The notes under the pieces: model-generated | The model's input: the letters and a program-made list of their open reading frames with translations, nothing else | Told to the model about the DNA's origin: nothing | The model's database searches: none | IMG/VR virus record: IMGVR_UViG_3300042292_000979 | Source of the DNA: a virus | Direction: 5' to 3' (one strand) | DNA: 64,000 bases | Shown: in pieces, positions 19,648 to 29,392 of the stretch | Layout of the letters: each line of letters starts with the position of its first letter | Numbering within the stretch: the stretch's first letter is position 1 | Translations under genes and position numbers: made by a program

Positions 19648-20090
19648 ACAACAATTTCATCTGTCATATAATTAGAGATGTCTTTCCTGAAAGAAAGTTT
19701 ACAATCCTCTACGATAGAAAAAAATCTCTTTTTGATGAAATGCATACTCCATTACATGGCATAGGTGCATTCAGAATGCACTCTGAACATTATTCAACAG
19801 AAGAGAATTACTATTGGGATTTGGGTAAAGTCGGCACTTACTTTGGAGCAAGCGCAGATTTGTTTGTATCAATTAACTATAATCCTATCTACGATAAGAA
19901 TTTGCTTTCACAAATAGCAGAGCAAATAAAGTGTACGATGCTTCCTGGTGGTATTGTTTTTATAGTCAATCATGATGGTTGGGCAGAAAAATTATCTGAT
20001 TTTCTTTTAGCAAGACCTGATTTAGAAAAAGAAGTAAAAAGATATTCTCTCTTCAAGAGAGAAGATGTTAGGGTATATGAAAATATTTGA
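19644..20090 (+). CDS. Short methyltransferase-related protein
   Basis: LSQIAEQIKCTMLPGGIVFIVNHDGWAEKLSDFL. Confidence 0.4.
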   Translation: MNNNFICHIIRDVFPERKFTILYDRKKSLFDEMHTPLHGIGAFRMHSEHYSTEENYYWDLGKVGTYFGASADLFVSINYNPIYDKNLLSQIAEQIKCTMLPGGIVFIVNHDGWAEKLSDFLLARPDLEKEVKRYSLFKREDVRVYENI

Positions 20091-20817
20091 TTGCTTTACT
20101 TACTTTAATGAAGTTGATATTCTTCGCATAAGGTTAGAGGAACTTGGCGATCTAGTTGACTACTTTGTAGTCGTAGAAGCATCAGAGACGTTTACAGGTA
20201 GCTCCAAACCATTTTACTTTGATAATATTCCAAGTTGGATAGACAGATGGAAAGAAAAAATTATTAGAGTTAAAGTAAACTTTCCCGAGGATACGAACAC
20301 CAGTTGGCTAAAAGAATACTATCAGCGTAACGCAATAATCTCAGGACTTAGCTTAGCCAAACCAGAAGATATTATAATCATTTCTGACGTGGATGAAATA
20401 GTAAATTCAAATATAGTTAGCCAATTAAAACTAATTGAAAAGCCAGCTAGGTTAGATGTTAAGCAGTATTTTTGGAATTATAACTGGCAAGTCCCTCAGC
20501 ATTGTAATCAAGGTGCTAGACCAATCGTCGCAAGATTTAAAGATCTAGAGAATCACTCGTGTCAAGAGTTAAGAGCTGGAAACTGGCAGACGATACCTGA
20601 TGCTGGTTGGCACTTTTCCTTTTTTGGTGAAACGGAAAAGATTAAAAACAAGATAGAATCATTTGCCCATACTGAATACGATATCACTGAATATAAAAAT
20701 GATGAAGCTATTTTATATCGAATAAATAATGGGATAGATCCATTCGATAGGTTCCCATTAAAATATTATGAAATAGATCAAACCTACCCAAAATTTGTTC
20801 AGAGTATGCTATACTAG
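20065..20817 (+). CDS. Family 17 glycosyltransferase-like protein
   Basis: IFDCFTYFNEVDILRIRLEELGDLVDYFVVVEASETFTGSSKP ... PEDIIIISDVDEI. Confidence 0.85.
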   Translation: MLGYMKIFDCFTYFNEVDILRIRLEELGDLVDYFVVVEASETFTGSSKPFYFDNIPSWIDRWKEKIIRVKVNFPEDTNTSWLKEYYQRNAIISGLSLAKPEDIIIISDVDEIVNSNIVSQLKLIEKPARLDVKQYFWNYNWQVPQHCNQGARPIVARFKDLENHSCQELRAGNWQTIPDAGWHFSFFGETEKIKNKIESFAHTEYDITEYKNDEAILYRINNGIDPFDRFPLKYYEIDQTYPKFVQSMLY

Positions 20818-20838
20818 TATCACGAAGTCAGATGCTCT

Positions 20839-20870
20839 AATCCCCTGGTGTAGAAATACATCAGGGGATT
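20839..20870. terminator. Hairpin between convergent genes
   Basis: AATCCCCTG ... CAGGGGATT then TTTTG. Confidence 0.75.
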
Positions 20871-20897
20871 TTTGTTTATATAGACAAATAAAAGTAT

Positions 20898-21440
20898 CTA
20901 CTTACGGTAGACAAAGCAAGACCACATGTACCTGTGTTTGTTTTTTACGTCTGTTACCAAATGTAATTCATTTGAATTAAAAACAATTGCCGATCCAGCC
21001 GGCGGTTTAATTGAAAGATCGTGTTCCGGGAATTCTATCAATCCACCCTCATGGTCGTCATTGAGGTAACCACATATTGTGTATTCAACTTTTTTAATTC
21101 CACCTTTATCATCATAAGTGTAATCTCTATGAGCACTCATGCCAGTCATTGGAAAATCCCATTTTCTTATATACATACCATGTTGATCATGATAATATAA
21201 ATTCTTATCTATACTTAACTCCAACATATAATCATCTAGGCATTTTTGGGTGGCAGATTTTATCTGAGTAGATAAATACTCGTTATTGTCTATCGTGCCT
21301 ATTTCTCCAATTCTGTACTCTGGATCATTGTTATTTCGACCCCACATTTTCCAATCCAGTTTCGTTAAATTTAAAAATATTTTATCTAAATCTTCAAAAA
21401 GATTTGTAAACAAGAGAATATTTTCATTAAGTTTAATCAT
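20898..21440 (-). CDS. 2OG-Fe(II) oxygenase
   Basis: HRDYTYDDKGG...YTICGYLNDDHEGGLIEFPEHDLSIKPPAGSAIVFNSNELHLVTDV...HRYMWSCFVYRK. Confidence 0.75.
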   Translation of the reverse strand: MIKLNENILLFTNLFEDLDKIFLNLTKLDWKMWGRNNNDPEYRIGEIGTIDNNEYLSTQIKSATQKCLDDYMLELSIDKNLYYHDQHGMYIRKWDFPMTGMSAHRDYTYDDKGGIKKVEYTICGYLNDDHEGGLIEFPEHDLSIKPPAGSAIVFNSNELHLVTDVKNKHRYMWSCFVYRK

Positions 21441-21460
21441 TGAAAAACTACCCTTATTAT

Positions 21461-22117
21461 TTAGAGCGCTAATGCTTTCTGAGTAAATAGATCCAATATT
21501 TTTTTATTATATTCATCCTTTAGACCATCTACCGGATGTGGAGCTTTAGTATGAGTCATGCTAGGGGTTAGCTCTGTTACACCTAAACAATCAAGTATTT
21601 CTGATTGAAGAATGAAATTTTTTATCCCTGCTTCTTCTGCATAAAAATGTAAAGACTCTAGAAAATCATGATTTTGATATAGTCTCTGCTCGTAGGTATA
21701 GTGAGGGCTGATGCCTTCATATTTTAATAACATTTCGGTAAATTGAGGAAGCGGTTCTATTATCACTATTTCAGAATTTTTAAATGTACTTGTAAGTTGT
21801 TTTATATATTTTTGAGCCACCGAGTCCGCATTAATATATCTTGATAAGAATGTTCTTATATCTACATATCCAAACCAAGAAAAAATTATACCATCATCTT
21901 TTATATCTGAAAAAGGAATCACACCGTCTTCATGGAATCTTTGTTCTTCTTTTCCTGAAGATAGTTCACCTTCGTCGTACATTGTTTTAAAATCTAAGTC
22001 CCAAATTTTCTTAGCGGCTTTAGCCCAGAATACCATATCAATTTTATTGTTATTTTCTTCATAATGTTCAGAAACTCTAGATAAATGACAGTCTCCAATT
22101 AAATATATTTTTTTCAT
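21461..22117 (-). CDS. SGNH/GDSL-like protein (putative)
   Basis: KKIYLIGDCHLSRVSEHYE N-terminus and C-terminal HPVDGL. Confidence 0.4.
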   Translation of the reverse strand: MKKIYLIGDCHLSRVSEHYEENNNKIDMVFWAKAAKKIWDLDFKTMYDEGELSSGKEEQRFHEDGVIPFSDIKDDGIIFSWFGYVDIRTFLSRYINADSVAQKYIKQLTSTFKNSEIVIIEPLPQFTEMLLKYEGISPHYTYEQRLYQNHDFLESLHFYAEEAGIKNFILQSEILDCLGVTELTPSMTHTKAPHPVDGLKDEYNKKILDLFTQKALAL

Positions 22118-22121
22118 TTTG

Positions 22122-22916
22122 TTAAATCACTCCCTGGTTCTTTTTTACTAAGTCATGTATTAGATTGTATTGGTCATCATTTCTATGAGTTCGTATCATT
22201 AGATCTGTTACCCCAATACTTTCTAGGTATTTTATTTTTTTTATAACTTGTCGTTCTGTTCCAAAAATCGTCCACTCCTTCTGATGCTTATGGTCAATTT
22301 CATTTACAATACGTTCTGCTTCCTCATAGGTGTCTCTTATTATTAGAGCAGCAGATACCATTCTTTTTTTATTTCTTTGGAAAATTTCCGGATTAAAAAC
22401 ATAGGAATCTGACATGCAAAGAGTGTAGTCAGCAAATTCAGCGGCTGAATCAAGAGTTTTTTCTGATGTTCCCGACATAACAATCTCAGGAACATCTATG
22501 TATTCTTTTTTAATTAACTGTAAAACTTTTTTTATCCACATGCGTGTATATTCTACTCTTTTTTCAGAGGTGTCAAAGTTTTCTTTACCAAAAGTAATAT
22601 TATTTATAGATGATTCATGATCTTGAAGATCACCAGCTACGATGTTAAACATTATTCTATTTTTTTGAATTTCATTAAATGACTTATACATCATAACAAA
22701 ATATTCTGGACTAATAGAATAGGTTCTTATTGCAATATGGTATTTAAATTTATGTTCTTTATTTATTATATTTGCGCATTTAATCCAATAATCATCCGCA
22801 GTTGAATGATAAACAAGAAGGATCGAATGATAGTTACACGAGTTTATTGTTTCCGAAATACGCGTTAGGCCATCTAGGTCAGAATCACCATGAACATGCA
22901 TCCAATGTAATCTCAT
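22122..22916 (-). CDS. Luciferase-like (LLM class) flavin-dependent monooxygenase
   Basis: FKYHIAIRTYSISPEYFVMMYKSFNEIQKNRIMFNIVAGDLQDHE ... YTRMWIKKVLQLI ... GTERQVIKKIKYLESIGVTDLMIR. Confidence 0.75.
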   Translation of the reverse strand: MRLHWMHVHGDSDLDGLTRISETINSCNYHSILLVYHSTADDYWIKCANIINKEHKFKYHIAIRTYSISPEYFVMMYKSFNEIQKNRIMFNIVAGDLQDHESSINNITFGKENFDTSEKRVEYTRMWIKKVLQLIKKEYIDVPEIVMSGTSEKTLDSAAEFADYTLCMSDSYVFNPEIFQRNKKRMVSAALIIRDTYEEAERIVNEIDHKHQKEWTIFGTERQVIKKIKYLESIGVTDLMIRTHRNDDQYNLIHDLVKKNQGVI

Positions 22917-22928
22917 TAACTTAAACCT

Positions 22929-23780
22929 TTAATCTAGATCTCTATATCTTACTCCAGATATACCATTTTTTTTATCTTCTACTACAGCTGGCGGTTCTTC
23001 CCAAATAAAACCGTTAACAGCATCACACCAAGTTGGCCATATGTCTTTTGGGCTTTCTTTTATGTGCTTTATTTGATCATAATATTCTTTTGTTTTATAG
23101 TTGTAAAATGTTCCAGGATTAGTATGTGATGGAATGACAAAATTAGAAAAAGAAAATCGCATACCACTCGTAATTTCCTTTGTCCCATGGCAGTAATCGC
23201 TATGTGCACCATGAATTATGAGATCACCATTCCCTGGTTTAACACGTAGTTCCTCACCTTTTTCAAGGGAACTAAAGTTTCCTATAAATTCTGCGTTTTT
23301 ATTAAAATTTGGATAATAGACTTCTCCACCTTCAAAATCACCAAAATAAACAATAAGACCATAATGCAATCTACAGCAAGTTTGCCATCTGTCAGGAGAT
23401 ATCAAAACACTTGACGCTATATCACATGTTCCACAAATTGGCCCACAATCTTCATGTGGTTTACCTGGCGCATCTGCGTGATGATACATTCCCGAATCTC
23501 CAACTTTTGCTCTTATCAAACAAAGCTGCGGATGCATTGAGAGCTCTGGGTAAATTAATTCACTGGCAAGCTCCCAAACTTCATGTATTTCAGGAATAAA
23601 AGTTGTCATTCTATTCTCATACCAATCAACATTATGAGAAATTTTTGGACTATTTATATGCGGTTTTAAAATATTGTTTATCTTATTTAATAAATCACCT
23701 TTTATAAAATTTCTATAGATAAAAAGTTTTGGCGCTAGTTGTTCTATGTTTGGATTTTTTCTAAACGACTCGTCATACAT
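22929..23780 (-). CDS. 2OG-Fe(II) oxygenase-like protein
   Basis: GMYHHADAPGKPHEDCGPICGTCDIASSVLISPDRW...LIVYFGDFEGGEVYYPNFNKNAEFIG...GDLIIHGAHSDYCHGTKEITSGMRFSFSNF. Confidence 0.65.
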   Translation of the reverse strand: MYDESFRKNPNIEQLAPKLFIYRNFIKGDLLNKINNILKPHINSPKISHNVDWYENRMTTFIPEIHEVWELASELIYPELSMHPQLCLIRAKVGDSGMYHHADAPGKPHEDCGPICGTCDIASSVLISPDRWQTCCRLHYGLIVYFGDFEGGEVYYPNFNKNAEFIGNFSSLEKGEELRVKPGNGDLIIHGAHSDYCHGTKEITSGMRFSFSNFVIPSHTNPGTFYNYKTKEYYDQIKHIKESPKDIWPTWCDAVNGFIWEEPPAVVEDKKNGISGVRYRDLD

Positions 23781-23908
23781 AGTGTTTTTCCTTTGCGTTT
23801 TTAATACTAGAACACTTCATAATAGTAGCATAATTAAACATTCATGTAAAGTTATCCTAAGCTAATCCAGCTTTACTATTTATGATATCTAGCTGAAGGG
23901 GTAATCAG

Positions 23909-26900
23909 TTGAATATTTTAGATAAGCTTAGCTCTGCGCTGAAAAAAATTAAAATTAATGATCGTGGTAGTCGCATACGCTTTCGTAAAGGGGCTTGGAT
24001 ATTAGTTCCAGCTTTTTCGATAGCTATGTTTATGCCGGTAGCTACACCAGCCCAAGCACTGTCTCCGGTTTTTGAGTCAACCGCGGCAGCAAAGGTAACT
24101 TTGGGTTCGTTGGCAAGTCGAACCCAATGTACGGCTCTAGACAAGCAGGGGATTGGTCCATACACAATGACCGGCACCGATGCCACCTCTGGCGATTCCT
24201 ACTCCTATGTAACCGACAAGAACTACACGCGAGAACAGCAGTTGTACGAAGGACAAGAAGCGACTACTCAGAACCTGTCCTACTCAACATCTACAGGAGA
24301 AGCATATGGTGGACGTAGTGGAGTAATTCGTCTCTTCTCTTCTGGCACTATTTCCTATGCCAATACTTGTAATAATCATGGAACATACGGTTCGGCGTTT
24401 GGACCAGAAATATGGACCGAGCCGTTTCCTGCTACGGCAAATCAATCAATTTCTTTTGACTGGGCTGCTGCTGGTGGCGGTGACGACTACGAAGCATACG
24501 GATACTTAGTTGAGGTTTCTGCGAGTGGGAACTCATACGACTATGGCTCTAGTGCTACTTCAACTTTAGTTTCATATGGACGTGGGCAAAACCAAGGTTG
24601 GGTTACGTCTAGTGGCATAGTCCCATCTACTGGTTATTACAGATTTAGGTTCGTGAATGGTTCCTATGACGCAACGGGCGGTCAAGTCCTTGGTGCATCA
24701 ATGTATATTGACTCAGCAATATCTGTAGCCAGCGCAAACACTATTACTTTTGCTCAGCCTTCTGACATAGTTACCTCTTCATCAAACCAGACATTTACTG
24801 TCTCAGCCACTGCCACTTCTGGGTTGTCGGTTACGTTTACATCTAGCACTACAGGCAAGTGCACCGTTGGCTCATCGACCGATAGCAGTGGAACTTCAAC
24901 TGCAACAGTGACGGTGTTGGCTAGTCAAACAGGAACCTGCACCATCTCCGCAAATAGTTCTTCTAATAACTCATATGTAGCAGCAGCCACGGTGAGCCAG
25001 TCGTTTACTCTACTTGCAGGGGCCACTGCTCCAACAACATCTGGCGGAACATCAATGTCTGGAACTGTTGAGTATGGAGAAACTCTGACCGCAGTCGATG
25101 GAACCTGGGGTGACGGTGGCTCTGCTGTAACTGCGACAACCTATCAGTGGCAATCCTGTACTCCCTCTTCGTGCACATGGACAAATATATCTGGCGCAAC
25201 ATCCTCAACATATGTGGTTGGTTCGGGTGATGTTGCGAAACAAATACGAGTAGCCGTAACCAAAACAAACTCAATTGGTTCACTAACGGCAAACTCGGCT
25301 GCGTCAATCACGGTTCCAGCCCTAACATCTGTCATTGTTGAAAATCTCTCAGATACTTCTGACTCGGGCTCTTTGCGTTGGGCTATCACTACAGCAAACG
25401 CTTCAGCCACTATTAACACCATTACCTTTGCTTCAGGAAACACTGGAACAATCACTCTTACTTCTGACCTGCCCGCAATTACTGATGGCGTAACAATTAC
25501 CGGAACAGGTATGGCTACAACAATTATTGACGGCAACAATTTGTGGCGAGCAATTTATAACAATGGCGCACGAACAATTGCTATTGAAGACATGACATTC
25601 AAGCAAGGTAAAAACGTGTCATGGAACGGTGGCCTGATTTACAACGCCTCCGGAACAATGACGTTCAATCGTATAAAGATTTCCAATCATTCATCGTGGG
25701 CTTTCTACCAAGGCGGCGGTGGAGTGACCACATTCAATGATTCCCAATTCACCAATAATGGTTATGCAATTACCTCTGACCACGGCGGAACACCTACAGC
25801 CCTGAGCCTTACGGATACTGATTACTCAAATCGTATTTATGTCAATGGCTCTACATTTACATCAAATACTTATGGCATTCGTACCGAGCGCTTTGTCAAA
25901 ATAAATAACAGTCAGTTCACAGGCAACACACAGGTTGGTGCATACCTAGGAGGGCTCAACCGTCAGCAAGTTCTGAATTCAACATTTACTTCAAACGGTG
26001 TTGGCGTGTACTTCTCTTCATACATTCCGACAAGTTGGGCGGTTGGCGCTGGCAACCAAACGGTTTCAGGTAATACATTCAATGGCAACACGACCGCTAT
26101 TCAGTTTGCTAACAACTGGAATGACGGCTCTTCGGTATACAACGGAGTAAGTGCGAACTCGTTCTCCACAGCCAGTGGAAATACTTTTGGTGTTACTGCG
26201 CTAAACACAAACAATTTTTCGGGCTCTGGGTATGTGGAGTCCAACAACACAATCACTGCGGCTTACCTTAATCCAGTCACAAACCTGACTGCCGTTGCAA
26301 ACTCAGACGGAAGTGTTGACCTTGATTGGGATGCGTCGGCGGCAAGTAATACTTCTATCTACGGTTACTCGGTTAGTTTTTATGACCTCACCGTAATTGG
26401 TGGAGCAACATCAGGTGGTTGGGGAGTTTGGACTAATCAAGGAACCAACTACTCGTTGAGCACTGGGATGTTCTCTGGAAGTAATCCTGTCACGACTGGA
26501 TACGGACCAGTTCGTTTCGGTATTAAAGCAATGAGTGGTCAGTGTGTTGGGGTCGGAACTGGTAGTTGCACCTATGGTCCTGAAGTAACTGTTGATGCAA
26601 CTGTTGTTGACCCGACAACTACTTCATCTACCACAACCACTACGACCAGTACGACTGTCGCTCCTGTCGTCGTGACTCCCCCATACGGTACAACAGTGCC
26701 ACTCCCGCAATACCCAGAGCCTGAAACAGAATCCACAACAGTGCCGCTTCCCGTAGAAACAGGAACTGGAATTGAATTGCCAACAGAGACAATTCCAGAA
26801 TACTCAGAACCAATTGGAATAGACCCAACAGAAAACGAAACGGTAGTAATAATAATTCCACCAGATGATTATACCGTCATCGACATAGAAGACAACGAGC

Positions 26901-28324
26901 CAATCACGACAGTCATATTAGACAATATTCTTGAAAATACGTTCACTACCGATATTGAGGCTGACGAGGTTGGCGCTGTTCTTGACACACTCCTCGGCGC
27001 AGAACTTACCAACACCCAGTTTGACAATGTCCTAGAAGCCGTCTTCACCGAAGATGTTTCGGCAGATGTATTCACCGAGGCACTTACAACGATGCTGGAT
27101 GCAGACATCACCAGCGCACAGTTGACGGCAGTTTTGGATTCAGCATTCTCGGAAGATACTTCTGCTGAGAACATGGTGTCGGCTTTGGAATCAATCTTTG
27201 ATGGTCCGCTTAGTTCTAGCGACCTAGACACAGTTATGGCAGCCGTATTTGACGAGGATATATCTGTTGCGGACACTATGACGGTTCTTGGAGACTTGCT
27301 TGAAACAAACCTGAGCATGTCAGAAACAGAAGCAATCTTTGACAGCGTGTTTGACAGTGACCTCTCAGATGCAGAAACCATCGACCTCATCGTTGATGTA
27401 TTGGCAGAAGAACTCACCTCAGAGTTGTTGGACACTGTTCTTGGTGCGGTCTTTGACGAAGAAGTGAGCAACGAGGTTTTGATTGAAACCTTCACCGCCG
27501 TCTTGGGTAACGAACTAGATGCTGAGTCGGTTGGTGTCATCGTGGATGTGTTGGAATCCGACACAATTACAAATGACCAAGTATCACAAGTCGTTGACTT
27601 GATCACAGGTCAAGAGGGTGGCATCGAAGCAGGTCAGTCAGCTGAACTTTCGGCAAGTCCTAAGGTTCTAGAAAGCATAACCCCAGATCAAGCTACAGAA
27701 GTGTTTGCTGCCCTAGATGTGACAAACGTGACTCCAGAGCAAGAAGCCCAATTGGCAGAAGCTCTTACTAATGCACCAAACGATATTAAAGAAGCCCTTG
27801 AAGAAGAGGTTGACATCTATGGAGATGGCTTTGATGACTATGTTGCCGTTGGTTCCCAGGTTGACGTAGGAGCTCGTAGAACGCTTATAGCTGCCACTAC
27901 AGCTGTTGCTGCAATAACAGCAGCCGGAGCTGCTACAGGCGGTCCTGGAGGCTCTGGAGGCTCTTCTGGAGGAGGGAACTCTAACGGTCCTAGCGGTACT
28001 AATAACAACGTAGCTAAAAGGAATGAAGAAGAAGAAATGGCTGGAGAGATTGCCGGCCCAGGAGATGATGAAGATAGTAATTTTACAAAGAATAGTATAT
28101 TTAAATATTATATCAAGGAGGGTATAGAGATGAGAGAATTTAATTGGCTAGGTTTTGGTAAGAAGTTATGGGATATAACTGCTGGGCTTGCATTTACATT
28201 TGCAGGTAGCGTAGTTGTTTACTATACACTTTCTGGAACAACCCAAACGATTGCCTTAGCCTCAACCGTAACTGCCTGTGTAGTACATTACGCACACCAG
28301 CTGCTTAAAAACGACGAGGAGTAA
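23909..28324 (+). CDS. Large host-like surface/secreted protein: N-terminal TM/signal, Ig-like and beta-helix (CSLREA-like) domains, FN3-like segment, Thr/Ser linker, acidic repeats, Gly-rich linker, C-terminal TM
   Basis: APAQALSP export segment; SGSLRWAITTANASATINTITFASG; TTTSSTTTTTTSTTVAP linker; repeated VLxAVFxExxS units; composition visibly less AT-rich than neighbours. Confidence 0.75.
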   Translation: MNILDKLSSALKKIKINDRGSRIRFRKGAWILVPAFSIAMFMPVATPAQALSPVFESTAAAKVTLGSLASRTQCTALDKQGIGPYTMTGTDATSGDSYSYVTDKNYTREQQLYEGQEATTQNLSYSTSTGEAYGGRSGVIRLFSSGTISYANTCNNHGTYGSAFGPEIWTEPFPATANQSISFDWAAAGGGDDYEAYGYLVEVSASGNSYDYGSSATSTLVSYGRGQNQGWVTSSGIVPSTGYYRFRFVNGSYDATGGQVLGASMYIDSAISVASANTITFAQPSDIVTSSSNQTFTVSATATSGLSVTFTSSTTGKCTVGSSTDSSGTSTATVTVLASQTGTCTISANSSSNNSYVAAATVSQSFTLLAGATAPTTSGGTSMSGTVEYGETLTAVDGTWGDGGSAVTATTYQWQSCTPSSCTWTNISGATSSTYVVGSGDVAKQIRVAVTKTNSIGSLTANSAASITVPALTSVIVENLSDTSDSGSLRWAITTANASATINTITFASGNTGTITLTSDLPAITDGVTITGTGMATTIIDGNNLWRAIYNNGARTIAIEDMTFKQGKNVSWNGGLIYNASGTMTFNRIKISNHSSWAFYQGGGGVTTFNDSQFTNNGYAITSDHGGTPTALSLTDTDYSNRIYVNGSTFTSNTYGIRTERFVKINNSQFTGNTQVGAYLGGLNRQQVLNSTFTSNGVGVYFSSYIPTSWAVGAGNQTVSGNTFNGNTTAIQFANNWNDGSSVYNGVSANSFSTASGNTFGVTALNTNNFSGSGYVESNNTITAAYLNPVTNLTAVANSDGSVDLDWDASAASNTSIYGYSVSFYDLTVIGGATSGGWGVWTNQGTNYSLSTGMFSGSNPVTTGYGPVRFGIKAMSGQCVGVGTGSCTYGPEVTVDATVVDPTTTSSTTTTTTSTTVAPVVVTPPYGTTVPLPQYPEPETESTTVPLPVETGTGIELPTETIPEYSEPIGIDPTENETVVIIIPPDDYTVIDIEDNEPITTVILDNILENTFTTDIEADEVGAVLDTLLGAELTNTQFDNVLEAVFTEDVSADVFTEALTTMLDADITSAQLTAVLDSAFSEDTSAENMVSALESIFDGPLSSSDLDTVMAAVFDEDISVADTMTVLGDLLETNLSMSETEAIFDSVFDSDLSDAETIDLIVDVLAEELTSELLDTVLGAVFDEEVSNEVLIETFTAVLGNELDAESVGVIVDVLESDTITNDQVSQVVDLITGQEGGIEAGQSAELSASPKVLESITPDQATEVFAALDVTNVTPEQEAQLAEALTNAPNDIKEALEEEVDIYGDGFDDYVAVGSQVDVGARRTLIAATTAVAAITAAGAATGGPGGSGGSSGGGNSNGPSGTNNNVAKRNEEEEMAGEIAGPGDDEDSNFTKNSIFKYYIKEGIEMREFNWLGFGKKLWDITAGLAFTFAGSVVVYYTLSGTTQTIALASTVTACVVHYAHQLLKNDEE
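26869..27640 (+). repeat. Degenerate protein-level repeats in an acidic domain
   Basis: Recurrent motif: LDNILENTFTTDIEA / LEAVFTEDVSA / LDSAFSEDTSA / MAAVFDEDISV / FDSVFDSDLSD / LGAVFDEEVSN. Confidence 0.7.
28130..28324 (+). CDS. Possible internal, separately initiated membrane protein
   Basis: AAGGAGG at 28115-28121 upstream of in-frame ATG 28130; MREFNWLGFGKKLWDITAGLAFTFAGSVVVYYTLSG... Confidence 0.5.
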   Translation: MREFNWLGFGKKLWDITAGLAFTFAGSVVVYYTLSGTTQTIALASTVTACVVHYAHQLLKNDEE

Positions 28325-28326
28325 TT

Positions 28327-28485
28327 ATGAGCAGACTTCTTTTAGATAAAGAAGATGTTAAGTTAGCTAGCGTTAAGGCTTCTGTTGAATTGTTATTGTC
28401 TGAAATTACAAAACAAAATAGGGAATTATTTACTCACCGAGAATTAGAAGACATGCTATTGGACATATATAATTTAGCTAAATAA
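28327..28485 (+). CDS. Small hypothetical protein (52 aa)
   Basis: ORF MSRLLLDKEDVKLASVKASVELLLSEITKQNRELFTHRELEDMLLDIYNLAK preceded by GAGGAG. Confidence 0.5.
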   Translation: MSRLLLDKEDVKLASVKASVELLLSEITKQNRELFTHRELEDMLLDIYNLAK

Positions 28486-28575
28486 TTTCGGAATTTAAAA
28501 GTTTTTCGAAAAATGAATTTGGCCTCAAAAATTTTTTTCTACTTTTACCCTGTATAGGAATTTTAAAATAATAGA

Positions 28576-29364
28576 TTAAATATCTATATCATCAGGAGTT
28601 AAGCATCTACCTGTTTTTATTTCGTGATCTTTAATATAGTTGTATAATTGATAATCTAAAGCATTTGAAGCTTTTATTTCTTCAATTATTTCATTAGACA
28701 ATAAATCAATACTTACATTGTGAAGATTGTTGCTAGGTCTAATTTTTGAATGCGCCTCTATGCTAATACCTGTATTGCGAACTGCATTAAGATGAAAAGT
28801 TAAATCTTTTATCAGATAATTTCTATTTTCAAAAGTTGATAAAGTCATTTTTTGTTTTTTTATTATTTTTAATATTTCAGAAAAACTAAAATCCGCATTT
28901 TTTATATAAGCTTTTTTATCATTCCACAATATTGTGTTTACTAAGTTTGCGCACTGCATGTTGGGTCTAGCATTAAAACCCATGCTATCTTTTTCAAAAC
29001 GAAAACCTTGATATCTGATAGATTCAATAAAATTGTCTGGATACTCATTAGTATGATTACCGATATAATCCGCATCATCACCCTTAAAATAAATAAAGCA
29101 ACTTATCATTCTTTCAATTGGTTCTCTAATTATAGAAAAACCTTTAATATCCTCATTATACACATAGGGCATAGCAGCATAATGACCTCCTATAAAATCA
29201 AGTTTATTAGCTTGATGTAAAAATGACTCTAGTTTTTTTTGATCATCATGAATTTGAAATCCAGTTTCATAGTCTCCAGTTTTTAATTCATTAAAAAAAC
29301 TCTCCGTAATATTAGATATCATGGAGCTTCCAGATGTCCTTGGAATGTGGCAAAAATATATCAA
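28576..29364 (-). CDS. Sulfotransferase-family-like protein, copy 1
   Basis: MIYFCHIPRTSGSSMISNI (PAPS 5'-loop-like), FSIIREPIERMISCF. Confidence 0.6.
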   Translation of the reverse strand: MIYFCHIPRTSGSSMISNITESFFNELKTGDYETGFQIHDDQKKLESFLHQANKLDFIGGHYAAMPYVYNEDIKGFSIIREPIERMISCFIYFKGDDADYIGNHTNEYPDNFIESIRYQGFRFEKDSMGFNARPNMQCANLVNTILWNDKKAYIKNADFSFSEILKIIKKQKMTLSTFENRNYLIKDLTFHLNAVRNTGISIEAHSKIRPSNNLHNVSIDLLSNEIIEEIKASNALDYQLYNYIKDHEIKTGRCLTPDDIDI

Positions 29365-29392
29365 AGTAGTATTACTTTATCATAAGAAAAAA

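Noticed and set aside
24127-27606. Small and antisense ORFs overlapping the giant gene (e.g. 25005..25307, 26869..27606 minus)
   Set aside because: Low-complexity Ser/Val-rich antisense translations of a repetitive, coherent plus-strand gene.
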